From a virus, in the IMG/VR virus record IMGVR_UViG_3300045988_140928, positions 32,001-96,000 of that record: a stretch of DNA of 64,000 nt; one strand, written 5' to 3'. Positions 45,763 to 54,663 of this stretch are shown here, piece after piece; the stretch's first letter is position 1, and the number at the start of each line of letters is the position of its first letter. A model generated the notes under the pieces. The model was not told the DNA's origin and did no database searches. It saw nothing but the letters and a program-made list of their open reading frames with translations. A program made the position numbers and the translations under genes.

Positions 45763-47085
45763 TTATTTTTTAGGGACACCAAGAATAAATCCATAATATC
45801 TTAATGACGAAACATTAACTACCCCGTCTGCCCCTACATTTAATTTTTGAGGTTCTAAATTACTTAAATCAAAATAATACCAATCATGATTAGTTACTCC
45901 TAGTTTAAGCGTTACCTTAATATCTTGAGCTGGAGTAACACTACAATTAGCATTCGTATCTCGCCATTCGGTATTAGTGGTTCTGAGGTTAATTAAACTT
46001 AAACCTAAATAATCACTCTTATTACCACGACTAATCCCACAAACTTTACCAGATTGCAAGCTATCTACACTACCGCCATCAATAGTAGCTAAACCATCTA
46101 CCTGATAACCTAAACCTATGATTTCTTTAAAAGCAACAAAGAAATCATACATCATTGGTAAATAGCTATCTTTAAGCATTGAAGGAAGATTAAGATTACT
46201 ATTAGGGAAATACTCATTACAGAGCATATGCTCACCCATTTCTAGGTGCGTAGCACCACTAGCCATAATTACTAAGTCAGCCAGAATGATTCCGTCTGCA
46301 TTAAAATATTTACCAGCATTATTTTTAGCAAAGTCATAGTCCATATAACCAGCTATAATAACACCTTTCTTTTTCTTATTACTATCAAAAGATTCTGTTA
46401 ATCCTCGAACTAGTCTAAGCATATCGTCATAAGTCTTACGATTATCCCAGACCTCCGTGTAAAAGTATTTTAAAGAAGTAACTGGTTTCATATCATTAAT
46501 TCCATATTCACCAACAGAATTAACTCCAATATCCCAGCCCATGTTACCGGCTTTATTTAAGAAATAATGAATCCCACTAGCTAATAAAGAGCTAGATAAT
46601 TCATTACCATTATTATCATACTTATTACCGGGATCACCAAACATATCAATGTGCCAGCCGTCAAAAGGCATATTATCCTTAACTATCTTCATTTGATTAA
46701 CAATATAATCTTGCCAAGGACCATTCATCCAATTCATATTATAAAGATTATATTTACCCCAGCCTTTAGACTTATCTAATGTTTTATAAACATGATCTAA
46801 ATTCTTAGAATTATCGTCAAACAAAAACATTTCCGCAGAAAGACCGTGTACTAATTGGTTAGTATCTGAACCATTCATTGCCATATAAGCTAAAGGCTTC
46901 ATACCATAATCTTTAGCTAAATTACAATAATCATCAATAACTTTCTTTCTAGTCAAACGATTACCAATATCAGTCCAAGTATTTGAAACTTGCAAGCTAT
47001 CACCAACAGAAGAAACTGGTAGTGGCAATGAATGCAGGTCAAACCAATCGTAAAACTGTACTAAATTAATATGCAGACGCTTCAA
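45763..47085 (-). CDS. GH66 (dextranase-family)-like catalytic part of a fibre depolymerase, +1 frame relative to 47066..47698
   Basis: HINLVQFYDWFDLHS and FDGWHIDMFGDPG match my recollection of GH66 signature blocks. The frame is open upstream through the A10 tract (KEKKNLDYLKRLHIN...). Confidence 0.6.
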   Translation of the reverse strand: MKRLHINLVQFYDWFDLHSLPLPVSSVGDSLQVSNTWTDIGNRLTRKKVIDDYCNLAKDYGMKPLAYMAMNGSDTNQLVHGLSAEMFLFDDNSKNLDHVYKTLDKSKGWGKYNLYNMNWMNGPWQDYIVNQMKIVKDNMPFDGWHIDMFGDPGNKYDNNGNELSSSLLASGIHYFLNKAGNMGWDIGVNSVGEYGINDMKPVTSLKYFYTEVWDNRKTYDDMLRLVRGLTESFDSNKKKKGVIIAGYMDYDFAKNNAGKYFNADGIILADLVIMASGATHLEMGEHMLCNEYFPNSNLNLPSMLKDSYLPMMYDFFVAFKEIIGLGYQVDGLATIDGGSVDSLQSGKVCGISRGNKSDYLGLSLINLRTTNTEWRDTNANCSVTPAQDIKVTLKLGVTNHDWYYFDLSNLEPQKLNVGADGVVNVSSLRYYGFILGVPKK

Positions 47086-47698
47086 ATAGTCTAAGTTTTT
47101 TTTTTCTTTCTACCGAAGAGTCATTATCATATTTAGAAAGAAACCCCATAATAGGAAAATTATAAACATCATTACTTACGTTAATTGCAATCGTCTTTGT
47201 TGCTACATTATTACCAACATGATTTTCAATTACGACAGCATAACCAATATTATCGTCAGCAGGTAAAAACCATGACCAACTAATCTCAGAAGTTCCATAA
47301 TAAATTTCCTTAGTAGCAACTAAATTATTCAAATGATAATACTTAACTACTAAGTGACCATGACCAGAAACACTAGTAGCATGAAAAACTACTTTTTCAG
47401 ACGGATAATAAACAGCCTTATCAGTATTAAGATCTAACAAAGTAGCTGAGTCATCTTGATCCTTCATACCTACTGAATATTGAGTAATAGTGTTACCTAT
47501 CTTCCAATGACCATTACTATCAATCTGTGGAGTAAGCCCGTCATTACCCTTAGGTCCAGTATCACCCTTGTCCCCTTTAGGACCTTGAGGACCAGCAGAT
47601 CCGGTCTTTCCTACAGGTCCCTGAGGTCCGGTAGCACCAGTCTTTCCCACAGGCCCTTGAGGTAAAGATCCTAAATCTATATCAGTCTGTAAACTCAC
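47066..47698 (-). CDS. collagen-like N-terminal part of the same depolymerase fibre
   Basis: [51 protein letters not shown]... then a beta-rich domain ending in NFPIMGFLSKYDNDSSVERKKK at the A10 tract. Confidence 0.6.
   Translation of the reverse strand: MSLQTDIDLGSLPQGPVGKTGATGPQGPVGKTGSAGPQGPKGDKGDTGPKGNDGLTPQIDSNGHWKIGNTITQYSVGMKDQDDSATLLDLNTDKAVYYPSEKVVFHATSVSGHGHLVVKYYHLNNLVATKEIYYGTSEISWSWFLPADDNIGYAVVIENHVGNNVATKTIAINVSNDVYNFPIMGFLSKYDNDSSVERKKKLRLFEASAY
47096..47105 (-). repeat. A10 tract (T10 on plus strand) separating the collagen-like and GH66-like reading frames
   Basis: Counted directly. A9 (or a +1 ribosomal shift) gives ...VERKKNLDYLKRLHINLVQFYDW... Confidence 0.9.
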
Positions 47699-47715
47699 CT
47701 ATAAACATCTCCTCA

Positions 47716-48471
47716 CTAATTCTGATAGTCCGTAACTAATTTCATATGTAAATGACCATCACTAGAAACGTAAGGAACATACACAGGTCCAGCAGAACCT
47801 CTATCACCCTTAGGACCTTGACTACCTACGTCTCCTTTATCTCCCTTGGGTCCTTGTATTCCTTGCGGTCCTCTATCTCCTGTATTACCTTTAGCACCCG
47901 TAGCACCAGTATCACCTTTAGGACCAGCAGGTCCCATTGGTCCAGTAGGTCCTTCAATTCCCTGCGGGCCACGTTCACCTTGAGGACCTTGAATACCGGG
48001 TTGGCCTTTCATAGCAATAACAAAATCAAGCTCAGAACCTTTATTACCATTGTCTAACCAAGATTGATAAGCTGATTTACCTGCTGAACCTTGTTCACCT
48101 TTATCTCCTTTAGGTCCTTGTGGACCAACTGGACCTTGACTACCCGTAGCACCAGTTTTACCAGCGGGTCCTTGAGGTCCTGTATCTCCTTTAGGTCCCT
48201 GAACACCTTTAAAACTTTCTACAAACTGAGCCTCTGTTCCTTTATTCCCTACGTTTAGCCAAGATTGATAGACTGAATATCCATTATCACCCTTGTCTCC
48301 TTTGGGTCCTTGATCTCCCTTAGGACCTTGAAAGCCACGTGGACCCATAGGACCAGTACTACCAGTATCACCTTTTGGACCAGCAGGACCTTGTGGACCT
48401 GTCTTACCTTGGGGACCCATTGGACCTACAGGACCTTGAGCTTTAACTTTTAAGTCAATATCTTTTTCCAT
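47716..48471 (-). CDS. collagen-like protein
   Basis: 251 aa, mostly Gly-X-Y, with two short SWL(N/D)xGNKG(T/S)E inserts. Confidence 0.7.
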   Translation of the reverse strand: MEKDIDLKVKAQGPVGPMGPQGKTGPQGPAGPKGDTGSTGPMGPRGFQGPKGDQGPKGDKGDNGYSVYQSWLNVGNKGTEAQFVESFKGVQGPKGDTGPQGPAGKTGATGSQGPVGPQGPKGDKGEQGSAGKSAYQSWLDNGNKGSELDFVIAMKGQPGIQGPQGERGPQGIEGPTGPMGPAGPKGDTGATGAKGNTGDRGPQGIQGPKGDKGDVGSQGPKGDRGSAGPVYVPYVSSDGHLHMKLVTDYQN

Positions 48472-49109
48472 TAACTTAACTCACCTTGATCCGTTTCTTT
48501 AACGTGCCAATTACCGTCTGAACCAATGTAAGGAATATAACTAGTTCCGTCTCTACCATTAGTACCATCTAATCCTCTAGCACCTACAGGTCCCTGTGGT
48601 CCTTCATCACCTCTAGGACCAACTGGACCCTGTTTACCTTTAGGAATACCTATAATCAAGGTATTATTAATAATTCTGGAGTAGGCTTGCTTGTCCTCAT
48701 CTAAAGTAACTACTTGTACAGAATTAAAGGGCATATTACTATTACCTGTATCTAAATTCTTAAAATAATCAGCCGGAATATCTTTTAAAATAGATAGCTT
48801 TGCGTCTGTAGTCAAAATCAAATAAAGCACTTCCTGCCCCGGAAAATAATTACGCTCTGTACGAGTTCTAATCTCTAAATAAAGCCCATAAACTTTACCC
48901 GCAGACAAGCCAATCAAATTAATAGGATCAAAATAAACACCGTTACTGTCATAATTACCCGCAATAGTAGTAATCTTATTTCCCTCTAAGTCTATAAGAT
49001 GAAAAGTTAAAAAAGCATTATCATAACTTACTACTCCCGTAGAGTCTACAGGCAGAAAATAAACCTTAGAACGATCACTAATAGAGTCTAAAGTGTTTAA
49101 ATAGTTCAA
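48471..49109 (-). CDS. fibre protein: BppU-like Ig N-domain (tentative) plus short collagen-like C-terminus
   Basis: The N-terminus is paralogous to the N-termini of 43553..45568 and 50468..52114. Contains GKQGPVGPRGDEGPQGPVGARGLDGTNGRDG. Confidence 0.55.
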   Translation of the reverse strand: MNYLNTLDSISDRSKVYFLPVDSTGVVSYDNAFLTFHLIDLEGNKITTIAGNYDSNGVYFDPINLIGLSAGKVYGLYLEIRTRTERNYFPGQEVLYLILTTDAKLSILKDIPADYFKNLDTGNSNMPFNSVQVVTLDEDKQAYSRIINNTLIIGIPKGKQGPVGPRGDEGPQGPVGARGLDGTNGRDGTSYIPYIGSDGNWHVKETDQGELS

Positions 49110-49127
49110 TTACAATCACCTCTTTAA

Positions 49128-50234
49128 TTAAATACCAATATTTTTATTTGACTTATTACCGCCATCTTGAAATGCAGAACCCTCTGTAGTATAAACTACC
49201 CAATTATTGTTAGCTTCACCATTAATAATGACTTTACCATTCGTATTAGGAATGGTAATCACATTACTAGCTACTCGATTATAGTCTCCTTTTCTAATCA
49301 ATAAACCAGTAGTATCAGTGGGAGTATTATTAGCTAAAATATTATTACCAGTAATTGCATTATTAAAAGCTTGCAAGTGAACTATTCCCCACATTTTATC
49401 TTTACCGTCTGGATTATCTTTATATGACTCTAAAGCAATTACATTACCTGAAATAACATTACCATTTCCATAAGCTCCACTATCATTAGGTAAAAACTCA
49501 ATAATTCCATTATAGTAAGCCGAAATCGTATTACCTACGATAGAACCATGTACAGGATTTAATATCCTAATAGCAGAAGCACCGTCTGGGTAAATATTGT
49601 TTCCAGTGATATTAAACCTATCTGGATTTTCCATGTATATAGTTGTCCCGTTAGGTTGTGCACCTAGCGAATTGTTCTTAATTTCTGCTTGTTGACTTGC
49701 TCCAGTTAAAAGAATAGCCGATTGAGTTTCAGCAATCCATGAATTACTGATTTTAGGGGCGTCCGCACCATTAAGACGTACACCAATACCAACATTATTA
49801 ATAGTCATATTATCAATAACCGTACGATCAGTATTACTTATCCCATCAATTCCAACTCCCGCATTCGTGTCACCACGAAGATCAAACCCGCTGAAAGTAA
49901 TACCTGAAAGCCTATTACTGTTATGGGTATTTTCTAGTTTAAAAGCAGTAGTTGGATTTTGAACAGTAACTTTTGCCCCACCGCCTCCAGTCTGAGTAGA
50001 ACCGTCTGTAGCATCAATTCCGCTACGAAGTCCATTGTTAAAACCCATTATATGAACATAAGAACGATCAATAGTAACAGTAGATTTTAAAAAATAGTTA
50101 CCATTAGGAATAAAAACTGTCCCACCAACAGATGGTAAGGCTTGAATTGCTTTGTTGAAAGCAGGGGCACTATCAAAATTTACATTTTCAGGCTGAGCGC
50201 CAAAGTCTAAAACATTGACAAACATCGAACTCAT
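49128..50234 (-). CDS. right-handed beta-helix depolymerase (pectate-lyase-3-like), +1 frame relative to the upstream collagen-like leader
   Basis: VNVLDFGAQPENVNFDSAPAFNKAIQALPSVGGTVFIPNGNYFL. Repeated N.I.GN beta-helix rungs. No SD before ATG 50234. The frame is open up to 50285. Confidence 0.65.
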   Translation of the reverse strand: MSSMFVNVLDFGAQPENVNFDSAPAFNKAIQALPSVGGTVFIPNGNYFLKSTVTIDRSYVHIMGFNNGLRSGIDATDGSTQTGGGGAKVTVQNPTTAFKLENTHNSNRLSGITFSGFDLRGDTNAGVGIDGISNTDRTVIDNMTINNVGIGVRLNGADAPKISNSWIAETQSAILLTGASQQAEIKNNSLGAQPNGTTIYMENPDRFNITGNNIYPDGASAIRILNPVHGSIVGNTISAYYNGIIEFLPNDSGAYGNGNVISGNVIALESYKDNPDGKDKMWGIVHLQAFNNAITGNNILANNTPTDTTGLLIRKGDYNRVASNVITIPNTNGKVIINGEANNNWVVYTTEGSAFQDGGNKSNKNIGI

Positions 50235-50265
50235 CTTAGACGTTATCTTAGCTATATCCTCAGTA

Positions 50266-50391
50266 TTAGTTCCTATATTTTTTTTTTATAACAGATACAT
50301 CAGGAACTTGTCCCGGATCTCCCTTATCTCCTTTATCACCCTTGGGTCCCTTTGGCAATAGCCCTAAATCTATATCCTTTAATAAATCCAT
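50266..50391 (-). CDS. 41-aa collagen-like leader ORF ending just after an A10 tract
   Basis: My translation: [41 protein letters not shown]-stop. The N-terminus resembles those of 47698 and 48471. Confidence 0.5.
   Translation of the reverse strand: MDLLKDIDLGLLPKGPKGDKGDKGDPGQVPDVSVIKKKYRN
50278..50287 (-). repeat. A10 tract (T10 on plus strand) separating the collagen-like leader from the beta-helix depolymerase frame
   Basis: Counted directly. A9 or A12 gives ...VSVIKK(K)NIGTNTEDIAKITSKMSSMFVNVLDFGA... Confidence 0.9.
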
Positions 50392-50432
50392 TGTCAATTA
50401 ACCTTTCATTCTATCCTTTTCTTGGTTTAATA

Positions 50433-50462
50433 TAAAAAAGCCTAGCAATTAAGCTAGACTCT
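50433..50462 (-). terminator. intrinsic (bidirectional-looking) terminator
   Basis: AGTCTAGC-TTAATT-GCTAGGCT with T runs on both sides. Confidence 0.55.
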
Positions 50463-50467
50463 TTTTA

Positions 50468-52114
50468 TTACTTTTTTACTAAACCAAAAGGTTTTAAGTC
50501 TCCCACAGAAAAAATACCGAGTTCATACATAACTCTTAACATAACTTTTTGATGATCACATTGAAATTGTCCTTTTTTAGCTCTAGAGTCGTCATTAAAA
50601 TAAACATTACTCCAATCATAACCACCTGCGTCAGTCCTTATTGGATTAATAACTTTAGTATTAGGTCCCCAGTAGTCAGCACGATCAGTTATTTTTGAAA
50701 TAGCGTCTAAAGTCAAAGTCCCCCGACTTGCCGACATAATACCACCAATCAAAGGCCACATATCAAGGTTTGTATTCTGAACGTTCGCAGAATAACCATA
50801 GCCATAAATAGTTGCAAAGGTTCCATAATCAGGAATTTGTAACCCACAACCGTTATCAAACCAGATAGTCCAAGGAGTTGTAGTCCGATCTAAAGTATAT
50901 CCTGTAGGAGCATGGCGAACATTAGTCGCTTTTAGTGATTGAATCCACTGTGACTCAGTACCGTTAAAACCATTTGAAACAGCTAACTCATAAGCAGATC
51001 TTCCGTCTTTTCCAGTCTTCCCTGTAGGACCCTGTAAAGAAACTAAAACCTTACTAAAGTCCAAAGTTTCCGCTTCGTGGTCAATTTTAGCAACTTCAAC
51101 TAAGCTACCATTAGGTTGTAACAAATAATCTCCTACATTAGGTACCACATTAGAGTCAACTAATAAATCAGGGTAGCTAACAGAGGTTAAATTACCACCC
51201 AAAGTAAGTTTAGTTAAATATATTGAACGTCCTTGATCTCCTTTTGGTCCTTGCAATCCTCGTGGACCAGTTTTTCCAATAGAACCTTGAATACCTTGAG
51301 GCCCTTCTTCACCGTCAGCACCCTTAGGACCAACCGGACCTCGATCACCCTTAGAACCTTTAAGATAACTAAAGAAATCATCCTCCGTACCGGAATGACC
51401 ACTATTAAGCCAAACCTGATAAGCAGAAAGACCGTCAGAACCATCCTTACCAACAGAACCCTTATCTCCTTTGGGTCCAATAGGTCCTTGGTCTCCCTTA
51501 TCGCCCTTTGGACCTGCTGGACCCCGCTCACCTTGAGGACCAACCGGACCAATAGATCCGTCTTTACCATTTTCACCTCTAGGACCCTGTGGTCCAATTG
51601 GTCCTTGCTCACCCTTTGGTCCAGCAGGACCTATAGGACCAACACTACCAGTATCACCTTTGTCCCCTTTTGGTCCTTGTGGTCCAGCGGGTCCGGGAGG
51701 CCCTTGAACAGCAGTCGAACTACTAGACGCTATTTCCTTTCTAAGCTCATCAATAGTTATAGTACTAATTACCTTACCATTAACATTTTCAATATTATTA
51801 GCAAGATAAATACTCTTCGTACCATCATCAGGATAAATTGAATTCCTACCATTCTCGTCTGTTACCCACACCTCAAAATAGTAGTAATCAGATGGTAAGT
51901 CTTTAAACTGTTCACTACCAATATTAATTGCTTTATCCGTAACTTCACAGTCAACGTCTTTTAAGTAACCAGTTTTATTACCCATTTTTACAACAACGTT
52001 ATCACTATCGTTAAATGATACTTTATATCCTTGCTCATCCGTTAAGGTAAAGATATAAGTTCTACTTGTATCTCCCGATTTTTGCCAAATCGAATTTATA
52101 AATAAGTCTCTCAT
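50468..52114 (-). CDS. collagen-like fibre protein with Ig-like N-domain and globular C-terminal head
   Basis: 548 aa. About 150 aa of Gly-X-Y, a knob block ([13 protein letters not shown]...) and a 170-aa C-terminal domain. Confidence 0.65.
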   Translation of the reverse strand: MRDLFINSIWQKSGDTSRTYIFTLTDEQGYKVSFNDSDNVVVKMGNKTGYLKDVDCEVTDKAINIGSEQFKDLPSDYYYFEVWVTDENGRNSIYPDDGTKSIYLANNIENVNGKVISTITIDELRKEIASSSSTAVQGPPGPAGPQGPKGDKGDTGSVGPIGPAGPKGEQGPIGPQGPRGENGKDGSIGPVGPQGERGPAGPKGDKGDQGPIGPKGDKGSVGKDGSDGLSAYQVWLNSGHSGTEDDFFSYLKGSKGDRGPVGPKGADGEEGPQGIQGSIGKTGPRGLQGPKGDQGRSIYLTKLTLGGNLTSVSYPDLLVDSNVVPNVGDYLLQPNGSLVEVAKIDHEAETLDFSKVLVSLQGPTGKTGKDGRSAYELAVSNGFNGTESQWIQSLKATNVRHAPTGYTLDRTTTPWTIWFDNGCGLQIPDYGTFATIYGYGYSANVQNTNLDMWPLIGGIMSASRGTLTLDAISKITDRADYWGPNTKVINPIRTDAGGYDWSNVYFNDDSRAKKGQFQCDHQKVMLRVMYELGIFSVGDLKPFGLVKK

Positions 52115-53412
52115 TAGTAACTCAAGACCTGTCCGGGATAAATTAGGTTAGCATTTCTTAAACCATTAGTAGCTACTAAATGATTTACAGAAGTACCTAA
52201 GCGATAAGCAATTGTTGAAAGGTTATCGCCATAACGAACAGTATAAGATCTACGTTGTTGTACTTGAGCATTTCCACTAATCTTTAATACTTGACCGGGG
52301 TAGATAGTATTGTAAATACTCTTACCATTAATTTGTGCAAGAGTGTACATACTCATACCATGATCATTAGCAATCTTCCACCAGCTATCCCCGTAACGGA
52401 CAGTATAGGTTGAAGTTTGTTGAGTATTATTGTTAGCATTAGGAACTGGTTTTTGAACCTTGTTAGATACAGAATTACCTTCGCCCTTGTCAGCTACCCG
52501 AAGAACTTGTCCCGGATAGATAACAGAATTAATAGTGCTTCCATTAAGTTTAGCTAAGGCGTACATATCCATTCCATGGTCATTAGCAATCTTCCACCAG
52601 CTATCACCAGACTTAACTGTGTAATTATGGGTATCTTGATGAAGTTGCTTACCCTGTTCTGTTGCTGGAGTTTCAGTCTTAGGTTTTTGAGCATTACCGT
52701 TAGTATAACCATTATCAGTAATACCAGTTAAGTCAATATTCCGATCAAGGCCACCAGCAATCGCCGTTGAAGTAAATTGGAACATACCAATGTTCTCGAA
52801 ACTAGGGAAGAAGTTATAGTTTGGTTCTCTAGTTACGGCGTAGTTTGGATACTCAGCCAACCAGAGTTGGTACTTACTTGCTAAATAATGAAGATCAGTA
52901 TTGTTTACAAGATAGTTCTTATAGCCATAGACCATTGGAGTATATCCTGCATCTTTAATCCGTTGACAAGCATGGTCAATAGCTTGTGTATTCTGGTAGC
53001 CTGATTCTACATCCAGAGCAATAATTGAGCCTTTAGGTGTTTGTACCTTAGGTAAAAAGTAATTCAATACTTGATCTGCTTGCTGAGTAGTTGTAACATT
53101 TTGCCACCAGATGTAATTATGCGCCCGTTTACCTTGTGCAATTGCACTTCTTACTTGTGATCCATAAGTCCACTGATCATAGAGATTCCAACCGGTAGTA
53201 GTGCCACCCATCTGAATAATGGCAAACTTATCATCTGGGTAGCCAAAGATTCCATTTGCGCCCTGATATTTCGACCAATCGACACCATGGTCACCTTTGG
53301 CCGCCATTACTGTTCCAGAGGAAAGAGACATCGTTGCCCCAAGAGTTACTAAGGCTACTGTTGCAACAGCTAATTTCTTAAAATAATGTTTTCCCATTGC
53401 TAGAGTTAGCAC
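52114..53412 (-). CDS. endolysin: signal peptide plus GH25 muramidase plus three LysM repeats
   Basis: MGKHYFKKLAVATVALVTLGATMSLSSGTVMAAKGDHGVDWSKYQG (the start is probably ATG 53397). Three YTV(K/R)(S/Y)GD..W(K)IA...G motifs. Confidence 0.8.
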   Translation of the reverse strand: MLTLAMGKHYFKKLAVATVALVTLGATMSLSSGTVMAAKGDHGVDWSKYQGANGIFGYPDDKFAIIQMGGTTTGWNLYDQWTYGSQVRSAIAQGKRAHNYIWWQNVTTTQQADQVLNYFLPKVQTPKGSIIALDVESGYQNTQAIDHACQRIKDAGYTPMVYGYKNYLVNNTDLHYLASKYQLWLAEYPNYAVTREPNYNFFPSFENIGMFQFTSTAIAGGLDRNIDLTGITDNGYTNGNAQKPKTETPATEQGKQLHQDTHNYTVKSGDSWWKIANDHGMDMYALAKLNGSTINSVIYPGQVLRVADKGEGNSVSNKVQKPVPNANNNTQQTSTYTVRYGDSWWKIANDHGMSMYTLAQINGKSIYNTIYPGQVLKISGNAQVQQRRSYTVRYGDNLSTIAYRLGTSVNHLVATNGLRNANLIYPGQVLSY

Positions 53413-53659
53413 TAGGAGAAACTAGGTTACGGCTAGGCTATCCTAGTCTAACATTCTAACCTCCTTATATTGAATTCAATACAAGAATAAGATTGTACAA
53501 TCTTGTATCAATATTAATATAAGGAAATAAAAGAAAAACACCCTGCGCTGGAGATACCACAAGGTGTTTAACAGAAAAATAAGAAAAAGAAGTATAATAA
53601 TGACCAAACACTATTATACGAGGCTAAGAAGAATAAAATGAGAAAGACTTCTTAGCCAA

Positions 53660-53840
53660 TAGCAATTGCAGGAGTCGAACCTACCTAGATAGAAAACAGA
53701 TAAGATAAAGAAATTGAAAGGACTTAAGCCGTTTTATGAATATAACTCAGTCTTCTATGTATTACAGCAAAATTATTTTGAAATCCAATTTTATTGGAAG
53801 GAGGTGTTTATATAAAATCTATCTATACCACTAAATTGCT
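53660..53840 (-). other. aberrant tRNA-like element (acceptor stem plus T arm enclosing about 150 nt)
   Basis: Minus strand AGCAATT (53840-53834) ... GTAGG-TTCGACT-CCTGC-AATTGCT-A (53684-53660). It starts 4 nt after tRNA-Arg. No normal D or anticodon arm could be drawn. Confidence 0.35.
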
Positions 53841-53844
53841 ACAA

Positions 53845-53917
53845 TGTCCCGACCGAGACTCGGACTCGGATTTTCGGATTAGAAATCCGATGTTTTATCC
53901 AGTTAGACTATCGAGAC
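53845..53917 (-). tRNA. tRNA-Arg (anticodon TCT)
   Basis: Hand fold: GTCTCGA TA GTCT-AACTGGATA-AAAC A TCGGA-TTTCTAA-TCCGA AAAT CCGAG-TCCGAGT-CTCGG TCGGGAC A. One D-stem mismatch, C at position 55. Confidence 0.65.
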
Positions 53918-54057
53918 AAGTGTGCTATTAACACACATGGTTACACTTATACGTCCGAACACAAATTACAAACCAAAATAAGAAACCACTATTCAACATC
54001 AAATGTCATTAAGAAGGAAGGACCTAGTTACCATCACCCAAAGATAGCTAAGCCCAA

Positions 54058-54130
54058 TTGCGGAGACAGGACTTGAACCTGTGACCTCCAGATAATGAGT
54101 CTGGCGAGCTACCAACTGCTCCACCCCACG
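54058..54130 (-). tRNA. tRNA-Met (anticodon CAT) with initiator-like C1:A72 mismatch
   Basis: Hand fold: CGTGGGG TG GAGC-AGTTGGT-AGCTC G CCAGA-CTCATTA-TCTGG AGGTC ACAGG-TTCAAGT-CCTGT CTCCGCA A. Confidence 0.75.
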
Positions 54131-54230
54131 ATAAGAAAGGATTGGTCATTTGACTAACATTTAATTAATGTATTTAACCAACAATTTTATAATACACCTG
54201 TCTTATCATAAAAGCAAGAGGAATCGTGAA

Positions 54231-54662
54231 TTAATTTCCGAAATCCATCTGATCTAACTCACTCATATCAAAACCCTGCCCGAAATCAAGGTTCTCTTGG
54301 CCGTTCGGAACCTTTTGTTCCTTTTTAAGTTGACCAATTAAACGCCCTGCGTCTTTCTTAGTTAAATTAGCTAGGTTTAGACTTTCAGGGTCTTTATTAG
54401 CCTTGTTAGCCAATTGGCGAATATAGTTAAGCTGGCGATTGGTAGCAGGCTCTCCTGCACGATTACGTGGTCTCATATCACCCAACTGTTTAGGCTGATA
54501 ACCTTGGTTAGCGATAGCCACTTTAACTAAGCAAAAAAGCACATTGTCTTCATCAAATGGAACAATATTAACTACTCGATATTCGTTCCCCGCATTAATT
54601 TTTTTAACCTTTTCTTCTACCTTATCTTTTTCAACTGTATAAGCTAAATCAATATAATTCAT
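54231..54662 (-). CDS. hypothetical protein
   Basis: 143-aa ORF with a PATNRQLNYIRQLA helix. Confidence 0.45.
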   Translation of the reverse strand: MNYIDLAYTVEKDKVEEKVKKINAGNEYRVVNIVPFDEDNVLFCLVKVAIANQGYQPKQLGDMRPRNRAGEPATNRQLNYIRQLANKANKDPESLNLANLTKKDAGRLIGQLKKEQKVPNGQENLDFGQGFDMSELDQMDFGN

Positions 54663-54663
54663 G

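Noticed and set aside
36504-52114. A diversity-generating retroelement acting on the fibre module.
   Set aside because: There is no reverse transcriptase in the window. I found no template/variable repeat pair with adenine-specific differences. The variability signals seen are homopolymer tracts instead.
53425-53445. The two in-frame TAG codons between the mini-ORF and the endolysin as evidence of amber suppression.
   Set aside because: In-frame stops upstream of a start are expected by definition of an ORF. The shared frame has a 1-in-3 chance. No CTA-anticodon tRNA was found.
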